Counted from the first letter of the stretch, positions 1-14,149 are shown. The stretch: 64,000 bases of DNA from Camelus dromedarius (GCF_036321535.1 NC_087472.1:94180001-94244000), one strand, 5' to 3'. Program-made: numbers and translations. Notes: a model not told the origin generated them from the letters alone.

Positions 1-2529
1 TTACATCTGAAAAAAAAAATCCCTATTAAATAGATAGGGAGGCCATGGAGGTCAAACTGCCCACCTATCAAAAGTAAAAATAAATAATAAAAAATTTGAA
101 AAGCTGCCTAAGATGTAATAAGTGTGGACTTGATGTGAAGAAACCTACCTGGGTTTATCTTGAATCTTTCCTACAATTATTGCTGGATGGGTTGTAGAAT
201 CTGACCTCAGCTTATATAGAGAAACTGAATAAAGTGTCCTAAGTTCCCAGCAGTAGTAGAGACATTTTCAAAACCAAGAGTGAGGAACTCGGATGGCTCC
301 AGTTGGGGTATTTCTCAATAATTCTCACAAACACAAAAGAAGCACTCCATAAAGTAATAATTGGCATTCAGAATCTGCCGTAATCAGAGGGAATCATCAA
401 GGCAATACGTCTGTCACTCAAGTTAATCTTTTCTTGATCCTTTAGGGTGTCCACTTGGAGTGAGAGAGTGAGAAAAAGGAGAAATACAAGATGAGGTAGA
501 GATGACAAGGACCAAGGACCAGATGATACCCCAAGAGTGATACAGGATTAGATCAGGTAAGAGATCCAGCTGCTAACTGAATAACACTACGGAATTTTGA
601 TCATTGTAATACAATGGACAGTCTAATTGTAAACATGAGACTGTTCTTATGACTAAATGTGGCCTATTATTTCATTATTGAACAGTGATCATAAAGCTTA
701 CAGGATCTACTTGAAATTTCATCCTAGGCAGGGGAAGAATTGGCCCTACAGAGCTGGTCTGAAGGTGCAGTGAGAGGAACGAATGTTTTATATTCATGCC
801 TTAAGAGACACAACTTGTACAATAAACAGATTATATGGTTATTTTATGTAAAACAAATACAGGGCCCAAGGGACGTGTATCTTCCATAGAGCCGTTGTAA
901 TCTAGACTTTAATCTGCTCCTTGATGATTTGCAAGCATCGTTACAAAAAAACTAGAAGAGGGAGGTAGAATTTGGTGAATACGTATATACTATCAGTTAC
1001 TTAACAGTTCTGCTATAACTAGAACTTGTAGGGTTTTTCAGTTTTTGTGTGTTAATTACTAATGGTACACATTATTCCAATACTGTATATTTGGTTTGAG
1101 ATAAACAGCTGGAAAATGCCACATTGGAAGCATGAAAGAAGACTGGGGGACCATTCATTTAATACAGAAACAAAGAATGTGTTGGCTGAGTTAAATTTTT
1201 GCTTTAATCATTTATATAAACTCTTCTTTCTCCTGTGTTTGAGGCTTAAGTAAGAAGCTATACTGTTTTATCTTGGGGCGTTGTTTCAAAGTTGTGTTTT
1301 AATTTTCATTTGTCACATGTGTTGTTGTTGTTTTCTAATTTGCAAATACTCTGAACGCCTGTAATCTTCTCTACAAATTTACAGTGAAGTATGACTGAGC
1401 AATTCAAGTGACCATTTTAGGTCCTGAATTTGAATTGGTGCAAAGTAATTGATGAGTAAGAAGCTATAATAAACATAGCAATCCTCAGGGTGAACTTCCA
1501 TGTCATAGAACTTTGAAGCCAAAATGATACTTATCTGAGATATTTGGTTCATGTGATCTTTACTGCACAGGCCTGTTATATACAACATAACATGTGATGT
1601 CTAAGAGATCTTGACAGAGTTTGGAAACATGAAGTCTGTAAGGTCATAGTCTTAATCACTATTAGCGTGATATGATATATCAGCTGCTCAATAAAGCCAG
1701 AATGCATGTTCTACCTGTAGGATTGGATGATTAGCAACAGAGTGATCTATGTAAAAATATCAGCATGAGTTCTCAAACTAGGGTCCAGTAAGCACTATAT
1801 CTCCCATATTGCTGTGCATACCATCCTGTCTTTCTCCTCCTAGATACTTAACCAGTGCCCCAAGAGACACGTGACAGTTGATCCAAAACTTTAAGTGACT
1901 TTTGAATTCCTTAGAAAAGACTGATCATGTACTGTTGTCAGTAATACTTTTTAGTGTGCATCACACACACACATGTTCTTTTATGTATTTTAAAATTTAG
2001 CCTTTATACTTGTACTAATGTTCCAGTACATTATGTTCATTACTAAGTGTATGCGAGTATTAGAAATGTAAGATTTTTGAGATAAAGATGAAATAAGCAT
2101 TATTTCCACCAAGGTGTTTTACGAGAGTCTTCGGCCCTAGACTCTGGCTTTGAAATTCTTAACTTCTGTGGGAAGGAAGAAAAATTAAAGGTGCCATAAG
2201 TGCTTCAGTGTGTGCTGCCCCAGTGAGATGTCATTTTGCAAGGCTGCTGATTGTGGAATATGGTAACCAGGGGAGTGGTATGTGACAGAAATTAGTCTTC
2301 AAAAATAATCTGAGTAGCTGATAAAAATGCATGTGTAAATCAAGCAAGGTTTGAATATAAATGTACAGAGTGATAGGACTGAGTTAATGACATGTATTGG
2401 AGAAGAATGTATTAAAACAGTTGCCTTCCTCCAAGATGTGGAAGTGAACACTATTGTAGTACATCTGTAGGCCAAATACGTAAGGGGCTATTCAGCTACA
2501 CCAGCATGTTTTTTTTTAATGAATCATTT

Positions 2530-2989
2530 TATTTTTTGTATATATGTTTTTATTGAAGTATATGTGGTCAGTTTACAATGTTGTGTCAATATCTGGTATA
2601 CAGCACAATGCTTCAGTCATATATGAACAAACATACTCGTTTTCATATTTTTCACAAGTTACTGAATATAGTTCCCTGTGCTATATAGTATGAACTTGTT
2701 GTTTATCTATTTTATATATGTTAGTATCTATAAATCTCAAACTCTCAATTTGTCCCTTCCCACCCCCTTAACCATAAGTTTGTTTTCTGTCTGTGAGTCT
2801 CTTTCTAGTTTATAAATGTTTGTGGTTTTTTTTTTTTTTTAGATTCCACATATATGTGCTATCATATGGCATTTTTCTTCCTTTTTCTGGCTTACTTCAC
2901 TTAGAATGACAATATCCAGGTCCATCCATGTTGCTGCAATTGGCATTATTTTATTCTTTTTTATGGCTGAGTATTATTCCATATTTTAC

Positions 2990-3022
<33 letters not shown>

Positions 3023-3240
3023 ACACGCACACACATATATATACATACATATACACACCACATCTTCTTTATCCAGTCATCTGTCGATGGACATTTAGGT
3101 TGTTTCCATGTCTTGGCTATTGTAAATAATACTGCTGTGAACTTTGGGGTGCATGTATCTTTTGGAATTAAGGTTCCCTCTGGATATATGCCCAGGATTG
3201 GGTTGCTGGATCATATGGTAAGTCTTTTTTTAGTCTTTTA
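2530..3240 (-). mobile_element. LINE-1 3' end (ORF2 terminus plus 3'UTR), 5'-truncated, with internal (CA)n at about 2993-3058
   Basis: T-rich tail on the left, then the reverse L1 3'UTR (tattgaagta...agattccacatat...tccatccatgttgctgcaa...ggacatttaggttgtttccatgtcttggctattgtaaa). ORF 2906-3241 is its antisense read. Confidence 0.92.
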
Positions 3241-6121
3241 AGATTCTTGCAGGCAGAGAAGCAAATTAAGTAAGAAGCCAGTTTTTCAAAAGTTTGTGTT
3301 CACTGTTTTTTTGTCCTGGACTTTTGTGCTACTTATTACATATATATCACCTGTGAAGAGTACAGATCATAAGCCTTTCAGTTCAACTTTTGTTTGATTT
3401 TAAAAGTAGAGTATATCACGGAAGTACCTCAAATCATTTACCTGGACATTTATTTTCACAGTTGAGTTTCCCGTCTCCTCAGTTAAAAAAAAATACTCTT
3501 ACATACCACTTCTTTGCATCTCTCTCCAGGCCAAAATGTCTTTGCATGAATGTCTTGGCATTGTTAATGATATTTTATGTCAGTAAACGAGAATGATCTT
3601 TTACACATCGATTGCCTCTCCACTGGCTACTTCACTATCAGCGATCAAGTTTTGAGTAGATAACTTTCCTACATCTTGTGATTAAGGAGATGGAGATACA
3701 GAGTGTTCACAATAAATAACTTGATAAGAACTTTGACCCAGCATTTCTGTCCTAGTCTGCATCTTTGCTTGTTTCAGTCCAGCTTTAGAAATTTATTTAT
3801 TTGGATCACTGCCTTTCATAGGTCATCCGAATGTGCCTCTTGTAGGGGTCACTCTTTCTATGAGTTAATATAAATGAGAGAGGTCCTGAGGGACTGATAG
3901 GTGCTGTAGAGGTGGTTTCAACAAGTAAGATGGCAGGATTAAGCCCAGGTACAGTGGGTAGCAAGGGACATGATGAGTACCAGGATGGACGGATAGCCCC
4001 CAAAAAAGTGAAGGTGTCAATAACAATTACACACCATCTTCTCTTGCTTTACAATTCTGCCTAGGGCCAGATCTGCTCAAGAATTCAGTATGCTGACTAT
4101 TTCCCTGTAGAGAGAGGGTATGGGGGAGAAACAGAGACAGGAAGAAGAGCGGGAGGAGGATAAAAAAGAAGAGAAATAGAAAAGCCAGCCCATCAAGAGT
4201 GGCTCTCTGCTTTAGGAGTTTTTCCTATCCTGACACTCTGTGTTTTTGCTTTCCTGGATCCCATATTATCTTCTGTCTATTACTTAAGTAGTTTTTCAGA
4301 GGGAAAGGTATTCTCCAAAATGAGATTACTTTGGCAGAGTGGCCTCTGGTAGAATTATTACAGTTCTCAATATTCTTGGCTTATGGCTGCAGAATTTCCC
4401 ATCAACACACACAAAATGTGTTCACCAAAGTAAAATTAAATGCTCTGGGCCCTTGGAACTGTCTCATTGCACAGTGAATAAACAAAGGATGAGTTAAGTT
4501 CTCTGGGTTGGTAACAAAACACATACAATAAGGAAGACAGTGAGCAGTTAACTACACTTCTCTTTGTTTTTTATTTTTAGTCTGAAAAGTGATTTGACTG
4601 TCTATACTAATGAAATAATTTCACCTCTCAAATAACCATTAAATATTTCTCTCACAGATTACACTGATAGGAGATGGATAAGTCTTATGAAATGACAGAT
4701 AGTTTTAAGGAGAGAAATATTTTATTGATTTAATCCATCACATCCTTGGGTCACAGAGGTTCAGTGCTACTTGGCAGCTATTTATAAGGCCCAAAGTACC
4801 AGATTTGTCCCTCACTGGACCAAGTACTAGTAATGGTGCTTGGGATATAGATGATTAAAGTGGCAGAAAAAGAGAGCAGGTGTTGTAAATTCCTCAGAGA
4901 GGCTGTACTTGATAACAAACATGTTAATGTAAATTATCCTATTATGTTCCATTCTGTTATCCTAATGAAAATTGTGCTATTTAAGCCCACTGAGCACAAC
5001 GCTTAGTTGTGCTTTTAGCCCTTCCACTTGATCTGAACAGCTCTTTTCTTCTCTTCCCCCGTTTTTTTAATGAAGCCTTAACAAAAGAAAAAATTGACAT
5101 TATTAACTTATTGTGCCTTGGGAGCAGTTACTGTGAATTCAGATGCACATTTCCTTAATTTAAAATAAAAATGAGAAATATACAAAATGGTAATATTTCA
5201 TTATGCAAATTTGTCTTTCTTGCTATAAAGATTTGGTTATTGCCATTGCTTCAGATGAAACACAAATGAGGCATGAGATCTCCTGTTGCTTTTCCACAGT
5301 TGAAAACAACATTGAATATTAACACAGTCATTAATATTATATACAAGCTCTAATTCAGTTATTGATTTGTGTGGTACCACACAGTAAAGAAATAGTAACT
5401 ATTTGAAAGAGACTATAGCCAAACTGTGATAAAAATCCCTATGAGCCTATTGGCTTGAGCTTAATATACTGGTGGTTTCTTTGCTTAACAATATAGTCAA
5501 CAGGTGTTAGTTATGTGTTCAGGAATTTGAGCTGCTTTTTGTGTTGCTGCATGAATGATGTGTAAAACAAGGAGTTTGAGCTTTATTTAACATGAACAGT
5601 TTCATTATTCTCCTTATCTGGTAAACACTGATTATGAAGTCACATATAAACTTAAATTTTATATTTGATAGCCATCACTCTTCAGATGTGATCCAAAGTC
5701 ATAACTAGGAGATTCACAGAAAGAATGTACTCACATTAGTCTATTATTTCTGTGAAATTAAACTGGTATTGTCATTTGGAACCTATATTTGTCATTAAGA
5801 AAAAGGACACGATGTCTTTGAAAAGATGATCTTTTTAAAGCAAATATTACATATTGAAATTTTACTTTTTTTGTGAACAATATTTTAAATTGAGAAAATA
5901 CATGTTTGAATTCAGTTTTATGAACACATTCTCGGTCACAATGGCATTGTGTTTCCAACAGAAAAAAATAGTTTTATGAAAAATAATTCTCATGCTAATC
6001 ACATCAGTGCAGCAAATGCAGTGCATTTGAATTTCAGGTATCTGTGTTTTTCCTTTCTCAAATTTGATATTACCAACTTGTCTTGGCATAGTAATATGAG
6101 ACCACTTTGGATACTGTAGAC

Positions 6122-6343
6122 CAATGTTTCTCAAATGAAAGCGATTTTGACCCCAGAGATACTTGACAATGTCTGGAGACTTCTGGGTAATCACAACTTG
6201 AGGGGAAGTCCTTTTGCATCTAGCAAGCAGAGGCCAGGGACGCTTTCAGACATTCTACAGCACACAAGACAGCCTCCCACAACAAAGAATGATCCAGATC
6301 CAAATGTCAATGATGTTACTTTACCGTGGGTGGAGAAATCCTG
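6122..6343 (+). mobile_element. MER20 (hAT-Charlie MITE)
   Basis: caatgtttctcaa...gacaatgtctggagac...cagaggccagggacgct...cacaacaaagaatgatcc...gagaaatcctg matches the recalled MER20 consensus, with terminal inverted repeats. Confidence 0.9.
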
Positions 6344-6351
6344 CTCTTGAG

Positions 6352-6655
6352 CAATGCTGCCCAGTAGAAATACGATGTCACAAATGAGAGCCCAATACAA
6401 AGAATTTATAGTTTTCTAGTAGTCACATTAAAAGAATAAAAAAGAAACAGGTGATGTTATTTTTAATAATATATTTAATTCAACCCAGTATAACTAAAAT
6501 ATTATCATTTCAGCATACATTTAATATAGCATATGAAAGGTACTTTACATCTGAAATACTTCTAGAAATCCAGCGTGTGTTTTGCACTCAGTACATCTGA
6601 ATTCAGACTAGCCATATTTCAGCTGCTCAGTAGCCACTTGTCGTCGGTGGCTGAT
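6352..6655 (+). mobile_element. MER33 (hAT-Charlie MITE)
   Basis: caatgctgcccagtagaaata...ttttctagtagtcacattaaaagaataaaaagaaacaggtga...gactagccatatttcagctgctcagtagccac matches MER33. Confidence 0.85.
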
Positions 6656-8350
6656 TGTTCAGGGTAGGGAAGCTCGTGTATATTCCCAGCTTTAGCACTA
6701 TTCACCCGTATCTTAAATATAGAAAAAAATGATAGCAGTAGTCTGTACTGAGTTGATCACCAAGTGTGACCAGTATTTCCTTCAGTTTAACAAAGGAGTT
6801 TATACGAAGATTTTATTAACACTTTTATATTAATGTTAAAGTTCATCTCAAAAATTATCACTTTTTATGACATTTAGTCACAAAGTCAAGGAGTATTGGG
6901 AGCATGCAGTACAACCTCCATTTCAGTCCAGCAGTTCTGTCACAATGTCAAGTCCATGGGGCTACCTCACCTCTGTCTCTCACAGCCTGAAGGTGGTTTA
7001 ATTATATTAAAAGGGAATACTTTTCTAAGAGGAATCTTAAGTACTGTTTTTTGTTTACTTGAAGAAATTCTAGTATGCTAATACAGGCAAAATGTTTAAG
7101 TTGTCTTCTCATTTAAAGTTAAACATATCATTCCAGTGATTTGTTTCATTTTAATGTGACATTGGAGTTCTCATTTGTATTTTCATGAGGATGATGAATC
7201 TGTGGTTAGTGGCTTAGAAGTGATAATACTAGGTCAGAGTAACTCCCCCCCCCCCTTTTAAAGTACAGTTGTTATGGAATAAACTTTACTGTGGGCAAAT
7301 AGGCAATAAATTAGGGTTATTGCAATGAGTAGCCAGACAGTGCCAACACAAATCCTGATGATTCTTAGAGGAAGTTGAAAGCCCATCTTGCCTTAGCTTT
7401 TATTCTCCTGCAAAATATAAAGTTGTCATAAATATAAAATAAACATAACAAATGCCGTTTTAATTGCTATTTTAAAAGTGTAAAAGAACCTCAAAATATT
7501 AATAAAATTTATTTTTCCTACAGAAAACATGAGCAGATTGTTTAAATGATTTAGTCTGTTGTTGAAAACTCTCGTACTATCATATATATGGTACCTGGGA
7601 TGAATTTGAAGAACAGTTACCTTTTCCTCCCATGGAAGCTCTCTCAAATGGCCTGGAGTTATGGGGAATTTCTGTTTCTGGCTTGAAGATCTAGCTTCAT
7701 GCTTGCAAATTTGAGATGTAGTTGATATAACAGCAAAGTCTTTGAATTTCTCTAAAACACATTAAGAAAGTTCCCCAGTTGCAAAAGATGGGAATCTTAG
7801 AATTGAGGAGAACAGATTGTCTAATGAAACATGATGGTAGGTGGTAGAATTTGTTTAAATATAGTTATCTACTTTTCAATAATTGTTGCTGAAAATGCAC
7901 CATCTGCTTTAAAAGAATAATTGTGGCATATCATGTTAATACATTCATGAGAAAGAACTGAGTTTAATTTATTTTTGAAAATTTCATTTACTAGAGTCAT
8001 TAATTAAGTATATTTGGCCAGCATGCTAGGACAATATTAGAAAATGTCTGGTGAGCTATGTAGTATATCTTTGGGGAAGAGAATTAAGAGATGTCTTGCA
8101 AATGAAGGTATATAAGAGGTGCAATATTGGTCAGATTGATATGTAAATGTTTGAAATTTTTTTAGGAAGTTAACTTTGATAAATATTCATTGTCAAGGTT
8201 TGACAAATACCTTCCAAGTAGGCTCTGTGTATCCATAGTGTTCTTCACCAGAAAATATGAAATAGTTTGTTTTATAAGCATGTGATCAAGAATAGTGGAA
8301 TATGTAATATTAAATTGCTCAACATTTTATGTTATAGGTAATACGTTCTT

Positions 8351-8539
8351 TTTTTTAAATTGAAGTATAGTCAGTTACAATGTCAGTTTCTGATGTACAG
8401 CACCATGTTTCAGTCATACGTATACATACATATATTCGTTTCATATTTTCGTTATAGCTTACTACAAGATAATGTAGTTCCCTGTGCTATACAGAAGAAA
8501 CTTCTTGTTTATCTATTTTGTGTATAATAGTTGATATTT
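8351..8539 (-). mobile_element. Short young L1 3'UTR fragment
   Basis: Poly-T, then ttgaagtatagtcagttacaat...ctgtgctatacagaagaaac. Flanking near-direct repeat gtaata(cg)ttctt at 8338-8350 and 8540-8550. Confidence 0.88.
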
Positions 8540-9569
8540 GTAATATTCTTTTTTTCACGGTGTGTGAGACAAAGTATATTCTGGGCAGATAATAATAGTA
8601 GATAATTTGCTAAATATGTTGGTCTTGAATGCTCACCTACAGCATCTTTTGCATCTTTTTCAGTTTCTTCTCAATTACATAATGATTGATTCTCATTCTG
8701 TAATATACGGAAGTTGTTCATTCTATCTTGAATTTCTTTGGCATGCATTTTTATCCAATTCCCCTTTTACTACACAGTTCCCTTTAGAAGAAAAGCACCC
8801 TTAAGGGAGTGACTGTCTTTTATTCTTCTAAATACTTTTCCTCGAATCTAGTGCATGTGTTACATATAGGAGATTCTTAATCAGTATTGGTTTTAATTAA
8901 ATTGAATACTATAGGCTTCTCCTCATGTCTTGAGATTAATTGGCTGTCACGTATTAAGGAAGGAGTTTAATACACAACTCATTTTTCAGAGAGAAATTAG
9001 CCAGATGGATTTTTTTTTCCATTTAAGTGGTTGACGCTTTTATAATTATTCCATGTGGCATGTGCTCTTTCTGTCACATCTCTCACTTTAATGAGTTGAT
9101 AATGTCACCAAATGGGTTTTGGCTATATCAGAACAGGTATGTGTAGGAAGTAGCTTGAATTCCTTTATGAATACCTGCAAATGCCAAATGATTTTCTAAT
9201 GTGGGCTTTAGGGAAAAAGTGGAGAACATCTGAGTTCATGAAAAAGTGAAGACACACTCCCTGGTAGAGCTGCAAAGGAAAGTACCTGGGATGGTGCAGC
9301 CCCTTCTTCAGAAGCACAGGGAACAGCTGTCTCTGTCTCTCTGTGTGTATATACAAATTTTCCCTCACCTTGATTCTTTTCTCACTTAAAAAAAAAAGGT
9401 ACCTAGTATACTAGATGCTAGTATATTTATCTACAGCCGTGGAGTTGGTTTAATACTGAACATTGAAGAATTTCAAACATAGAAATATATTACTTTAGCT
9501 ACCTATAGCAAATACGATGAGCCTCCAGGCATTAACTCGAAAACTGGTAGCTGCCTTCTGAAATGCAGC

Positions 9570-9930
9570 ATACTTGGAGCCACTGGCTTCCTCATCTCAT
9601 CTTAGTTGTTCACTTAGTACCTGTATGACCTTGGTAAGGCATTTAACCTGTATCTCAGTTTCTACATCCGTAAAGTCAGAGTTTTGGATGTCATATGCTT
9701 TAATGAGTCTTCACTCTGAATATGTTTGTGTGATTGTATGTGAATGATACAGCCTTGATTCAGTTCCCTCCTGTATCACTTAGGAGCTTGTACCTTGCAC
9801 AAGTTATTTACTGTGCCTAAGACTCAGTCTCATCATTTCCAAAATGTGTATAAGCATGCATGGTGAGGATTAAAAACAGGGAGGTAAAGTGCTTATGATA
9901 CAAAAGTCTCTTCAGTTTTAACTGTTATTA
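9570..9930 (+). mobile_element. Two adjacent MIR SINE remnants
   Basis: MIR core motifs tgtatgaccttggtaaggcatttaacctgtatctcagtttctacatccgtaaa and accttgcacaagttatttt...ctcagtctcatcatttccaaaatg...gtgaggattaaa. Confidence 0.7.
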
Positions 9931-10399
9931 TGAGAATTTTTCAAGCCATGAAAATTCCTTAAGTGCTTTTGTTTAATTTTAGTGTAAATCCTTCTATTTT
10001 CTATATGAATGGAAACTCTTCTGGTTCAGCTTTGTTGATCGATCATGCTCCAAATTTGGTCATAAATATCAAACAAGGAAAATGTAGTATGTTTTATTAC
10101 ATATTCTTTATTGTATGGAGAAGTATTTCTGAACATACGGATTGTCAAGAACTCAACTCTTTAGTCAATGAAAAATATAATGTGAACCTCTTTAATGAGT
10201 AAGCCAATATAAAATACTTATTACTACAGGGATTTTAGAGTAGTTTAAACTTTGGTCTTAAGAAGAATTTATAATTGAGGTATTGAAGCAAGGAGTAAAT
10301 AGTAAAAGCAGTATAATTCATAGTTGATGATAAGTACAGATACTAATAATGACTGGTCTTTGGACAAGTGAGAGAATAGCATATGCTTTGGTGATAAGA

Positions 10400-11700
10400 A
10401 AAATCCTGAGACAGGAGACAGGCGTTCAGTTGAACATTGGCAAAAGGAGAGATGGTAACAAATAGAGACGCACATGAAGTGGGAGATCAGCGTGAGTATT
10501 AGGATAGGAGTGGGAAAGACCATGATGTGTTTTGGAGACAGTGGATCTAACAGCCTGGAGATTTTAAGAAGATAATACCAAAATGATGAAATTGAGATCC
10601 TTAAATGCCAGCTTAAGAACGAAGATTTTTCCTTCCAAGAGGGAAATAAAAAAGAGGAAAGTTTTATAATTTTAATACAGAATTTTAAGGAATTTGCAGG
10701 AGTGTACCTAGCCTTTTTAAGAGAGAACAAGGAGGTAGGTCTGTGTGACTAGAGTGTAGTGAGTGAGGCGAGAACATAGAAAATGAAAATGAAATCGGAG
10801 AAGGAACAGAGGGAACAGGATGCCCAAAAGACAGCATCCAGGTCAGGAAGGATCTTTTTTGATTATGTGAAGGATTTTGACTTTAACACTGTATGAAATG
10901 GGGAGTTGAGGGCTTTGGGGAATATTAATTATTTGACCTGACTTATTTATAATGGATTATTCCAGCTTTTCTGATGTAAATAGACTGTAGGAAAGCAAGG
11001 GTGAAAGCACGGAGACAGATTAGGAAGATCCTTCAGTCATCCAGGCAACAGATGATGGTAGCTTGGAAGGAAATACTATCAATGGGAATGATGAGAAATG
11101 GTGGATACTAGATAGATTTTGTAGGTAGAGCAACAGACTTCTCTGACTGATTGAGTGGGATTCGTGAGAGAAAGAGAACAAAGTATGACTCATTCTTGAT
11201 ATTAGTAAGTAAAAGGATGGAACTGAGTGAAGGGGAAGTCTGTGAGTGAAGAAAGTTGGAGGTGTGTGGGCTATAGAATTTTTCAGTTAGGGGTATGTAA
11301 GTTTGAGGGTATGTAAGTTTTGAGGTATCTATTAGATATCCAAGTGGAGATAACAGATTGGCATTTGGATATATGTTACTAGAGTTCAGAAAAGAAACTC
11401 AGGCTGAAGATATAAATCTGAGTTCCAAGGGCATACAGATGAATTTGAAAGCCATTAGACTAGAGGAGGTCAACAAGAGAGTGAGTCTCGTGTATAGAAA
11501 ATGGAAGAGGAGTGAAATCAGACACCTAGAGTAATCCATTGTTAAGAGTGTCAGGTTAATTGGAGTAATGAGGGAAAGAGTCTTTATGTTGCAGCCAGTG
11601 AGGTAAGAGAAAAATCAAAAAAATATGGAGTCCTGGAAAGCAAGAGAAGAAATTGATGGTAGAAGTGGGGAGCATTGAGAGTAGGGTTGAATGTGTTGGG
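10400..11700 (-). mobile_element. LINE-2 remnant
   Basis: Purine-rich reverse L2 text (aaggattttgactttaac..., atccaggcaacagatgatggtagcttgga, tttgaggtatctattagatatccaagtggag, gaaatcaga...tggagtcctggaaagcaag). Boundaries approximate. Confidence 0.75.
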
Positions 11701-11879
11701 AGGATGTAAAACCGAATGTGAATTTCAGGTTGACTGAAGAAATGAGAGAATTAGGAGGAGTCATTTCCTTGATGCATTGGAGTAGCAATGATGAATTTGT
11801 TTTTAGTAAGCTGAGACAGTCTTATTGGTGGGGTGCATAGATGATTTCTAGTGGAGAGTTTCCGTAATTTCCAAGCATT

Positions 11880-12105
11880 TCTCATCATTGTTTTTACATT
11901 TTGTTATAATCATTTATGTGAGTTTCTGCCACTGTACTAGGTGCTCTTTGATAGTAGGGACAGGGTCTTACACATCATAAGGCTACAACCTTACATTATG
12001 TTTAACAGAGTCAAGGTATATTTTTGCTGAAAAGAATGAATAAGTGATTGAACAAAAGGATAAATCGTTTATTGGATAAGTGGGTGAATGAATAAATAAA
12101 TGAAA
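11880..12105 (+). mobile_element. LINE-2 3' end
   Basis: ctctttgatagtagggacagggtctt followed by the typical gaatgaataa / tgaatgaataaataaatgaa tail. Confidence 0.55.
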
Positions 12106-12396
12106 CCTTGAAATGGAAAATTGGAAATTAAGAAGTGAGTAGATATAGAGATGTGATATGAGATAATGGTTGTATCTGTGTTCATAATGTTTCCTTGACT
12201 TAATGGTTTTGGGTGGTAACATTCTCCATGCTGAAAATTAGAACTTCTATTCAGATGATCTGTCCCCAAGTATGGAAGGTAATTACAATTCTCCTGCAAT
12301 GTCAGAAAACTCTGAGACTCTCATCAAGTCATGCGTGTAAATGTGTACTGGCTACATATTGTAATATCTGAAATAACCTAGAAAGACTATCTAGAA

Positions 12397-12993
12397 CAGC
12401 AATGTTAAATAGAAATATGTAAGAGGCATAAATGCTAGCCGAATGTGATTTTAAATTTTCCAGTAGCTATAAGGAAAAAAGAAGAAAAAGTGAAATTAAT
12501 CATCATATATTCACTTAATATATCCAAGATATTATTATTTAAACATAAATCTAAATAAAATGTTAATGAAATATTTTACATTTAAAATGTTTAAAAATTT
12601 TTTTTAATTTTAATTTTTTTAAACTTTTTAAACTGAGGTACAGTTACAATGTATCAATCTCTGGTGTACAGCATAACGTCCCAGTCATGCATGTACATAC
12701 ATATATTCATTTTCATATTTTTCCCATTAAAGGTTATTACAAGATATTGAACATAGTTCCCTGTGCTATACAGAAGAAACTTTTTATTTTTTATTGAAGT
12801 ATAGTCAGTTACATTGTATCAGTTTCTGATGTACAGCATAATGTCTGTCATGTGTATGTATACATATTTATGCTAAGTTTTTGAAATTTTGTGTATATTT
12901 TACACTTACTGCACATAAGTCAGTTTGATCTTGCTGTCTTTCAAAAGCTTGATAGCCACATGTGGCTAGTGGCTACAATGATGGGCAGCACAA
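12397..12993 (+). mobile_element. MER33 interrupted by two L1 3'UTR fragments
   Basis: Left half cagcaatgttaaatagaaatat...; right half ...gatagccacatgtggctagtggctac...cagcacaa. 8-bp TSD atctagaa (12389-12396) / atctagag (12994-13001). Confidence 0.88.
12625..12868 (-). mobile_element. Two tandem short L1 3'UTR fragments (about 12625-12780 and 12781-12868)
   Basis: The motif tgaggtacagttacaat / ttgaagtatagtcagttacatt...gtacagcataa occurs twice in succession. Confidence 0.85.
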
Positions 12994-14149
12994 ATCTAGA
13001 GAATTCCAGGAAAAATAAAAGTAATACAAATCAAGAAACAAACAAGTCTTCATCTCTCTCATCACTGCTTCAAAATTGTATTATGTCTTACTAAACCATG
13101 TTATGAAACTTGAAGACAGACTCTTCTAGAAACCTATTTTAATTGTCTAACCAAAATTAAACGTCTTCATTATTTAGAAAGAATGACTCAGCCTTGTGTG
13201 TGTCTGTGGGTGCATGTGCGTGGGTATATGTGTATAAACTGTGTTGATGAGCCTGGGAATTATTTTAAGTTATTTTCCAAATTAAAAGTTATTGTAGTGC
13301 CACCATCACTGTCTCTTTCCTGAATAGTTGGCATCTCATTCTAAACTACTAGTCAAGATACATATCACTGTTCAACAGTCTAGGGGAAACAGTACAATTC
13401 TGAGACTTGCATTGTATACAAAACATCCCCAGTTACAGACTATGTAGCAAAATCATGTGGCATTTAACTAGTTATCTCCTCTCTGGAGGATAAACAAATA
13501 AATAAAACAAAAAACAAAATTTAAAATTTGAAAAAAATGCTGAAACTAGGTTAAAGTTGCTTTCAAAAGACTCATATTACTGTGCACATTATTATATGGA
13601 ATTAAAAATCCATGCTTTTTTTTGTCCGCAAGCTAATTTAAAATGTAGATTCTTTGAAAATGAGAGAGAGTTTACAATTCTAAACCAATGGTGTGCTGTA
13701 TGCCTCATTCATTGAAGAGTAAGTAGTATAGTACATAACTCTGTTCATAATTTGCATTCCCCACTTCCCTTGAGAAATTTTAATTATGGAAATCAATTAA
13801 TGAGGGACAGTGTCAGTGATGTTTCTCATATATTGAAATCATTGCTGTTGTTAGCAGAATAATATGAAAAACACCAAGCTCTGACAAACTCAGCCACTTA
13901 AATTATGCTTTACCACAAAGTAATATGCCAAAAAATAAGACAAGCATAATTCTTGGATAATGTCACTGATTCCTTCTCATAAAATATAATTTAACTTTTC
14001 TTTATTAAAGTTGAAATGTCTAAATGAATGGAATTACTTCCTTTTCAGGGCAAAAATGCATTTTGTGCCTATTTTATGAATATTTCTCCAAGTACATTAA
14101 TACTCATAGGTGTGTCAGCAAAGCAGTTTGGCAGTGATAAATGCTTAAA

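Noticed and set aside
4993..5013. 8-bp inverted repeat agcacaac/gttgtgct
   Set aside because: Several are expected by chance in a window this size.
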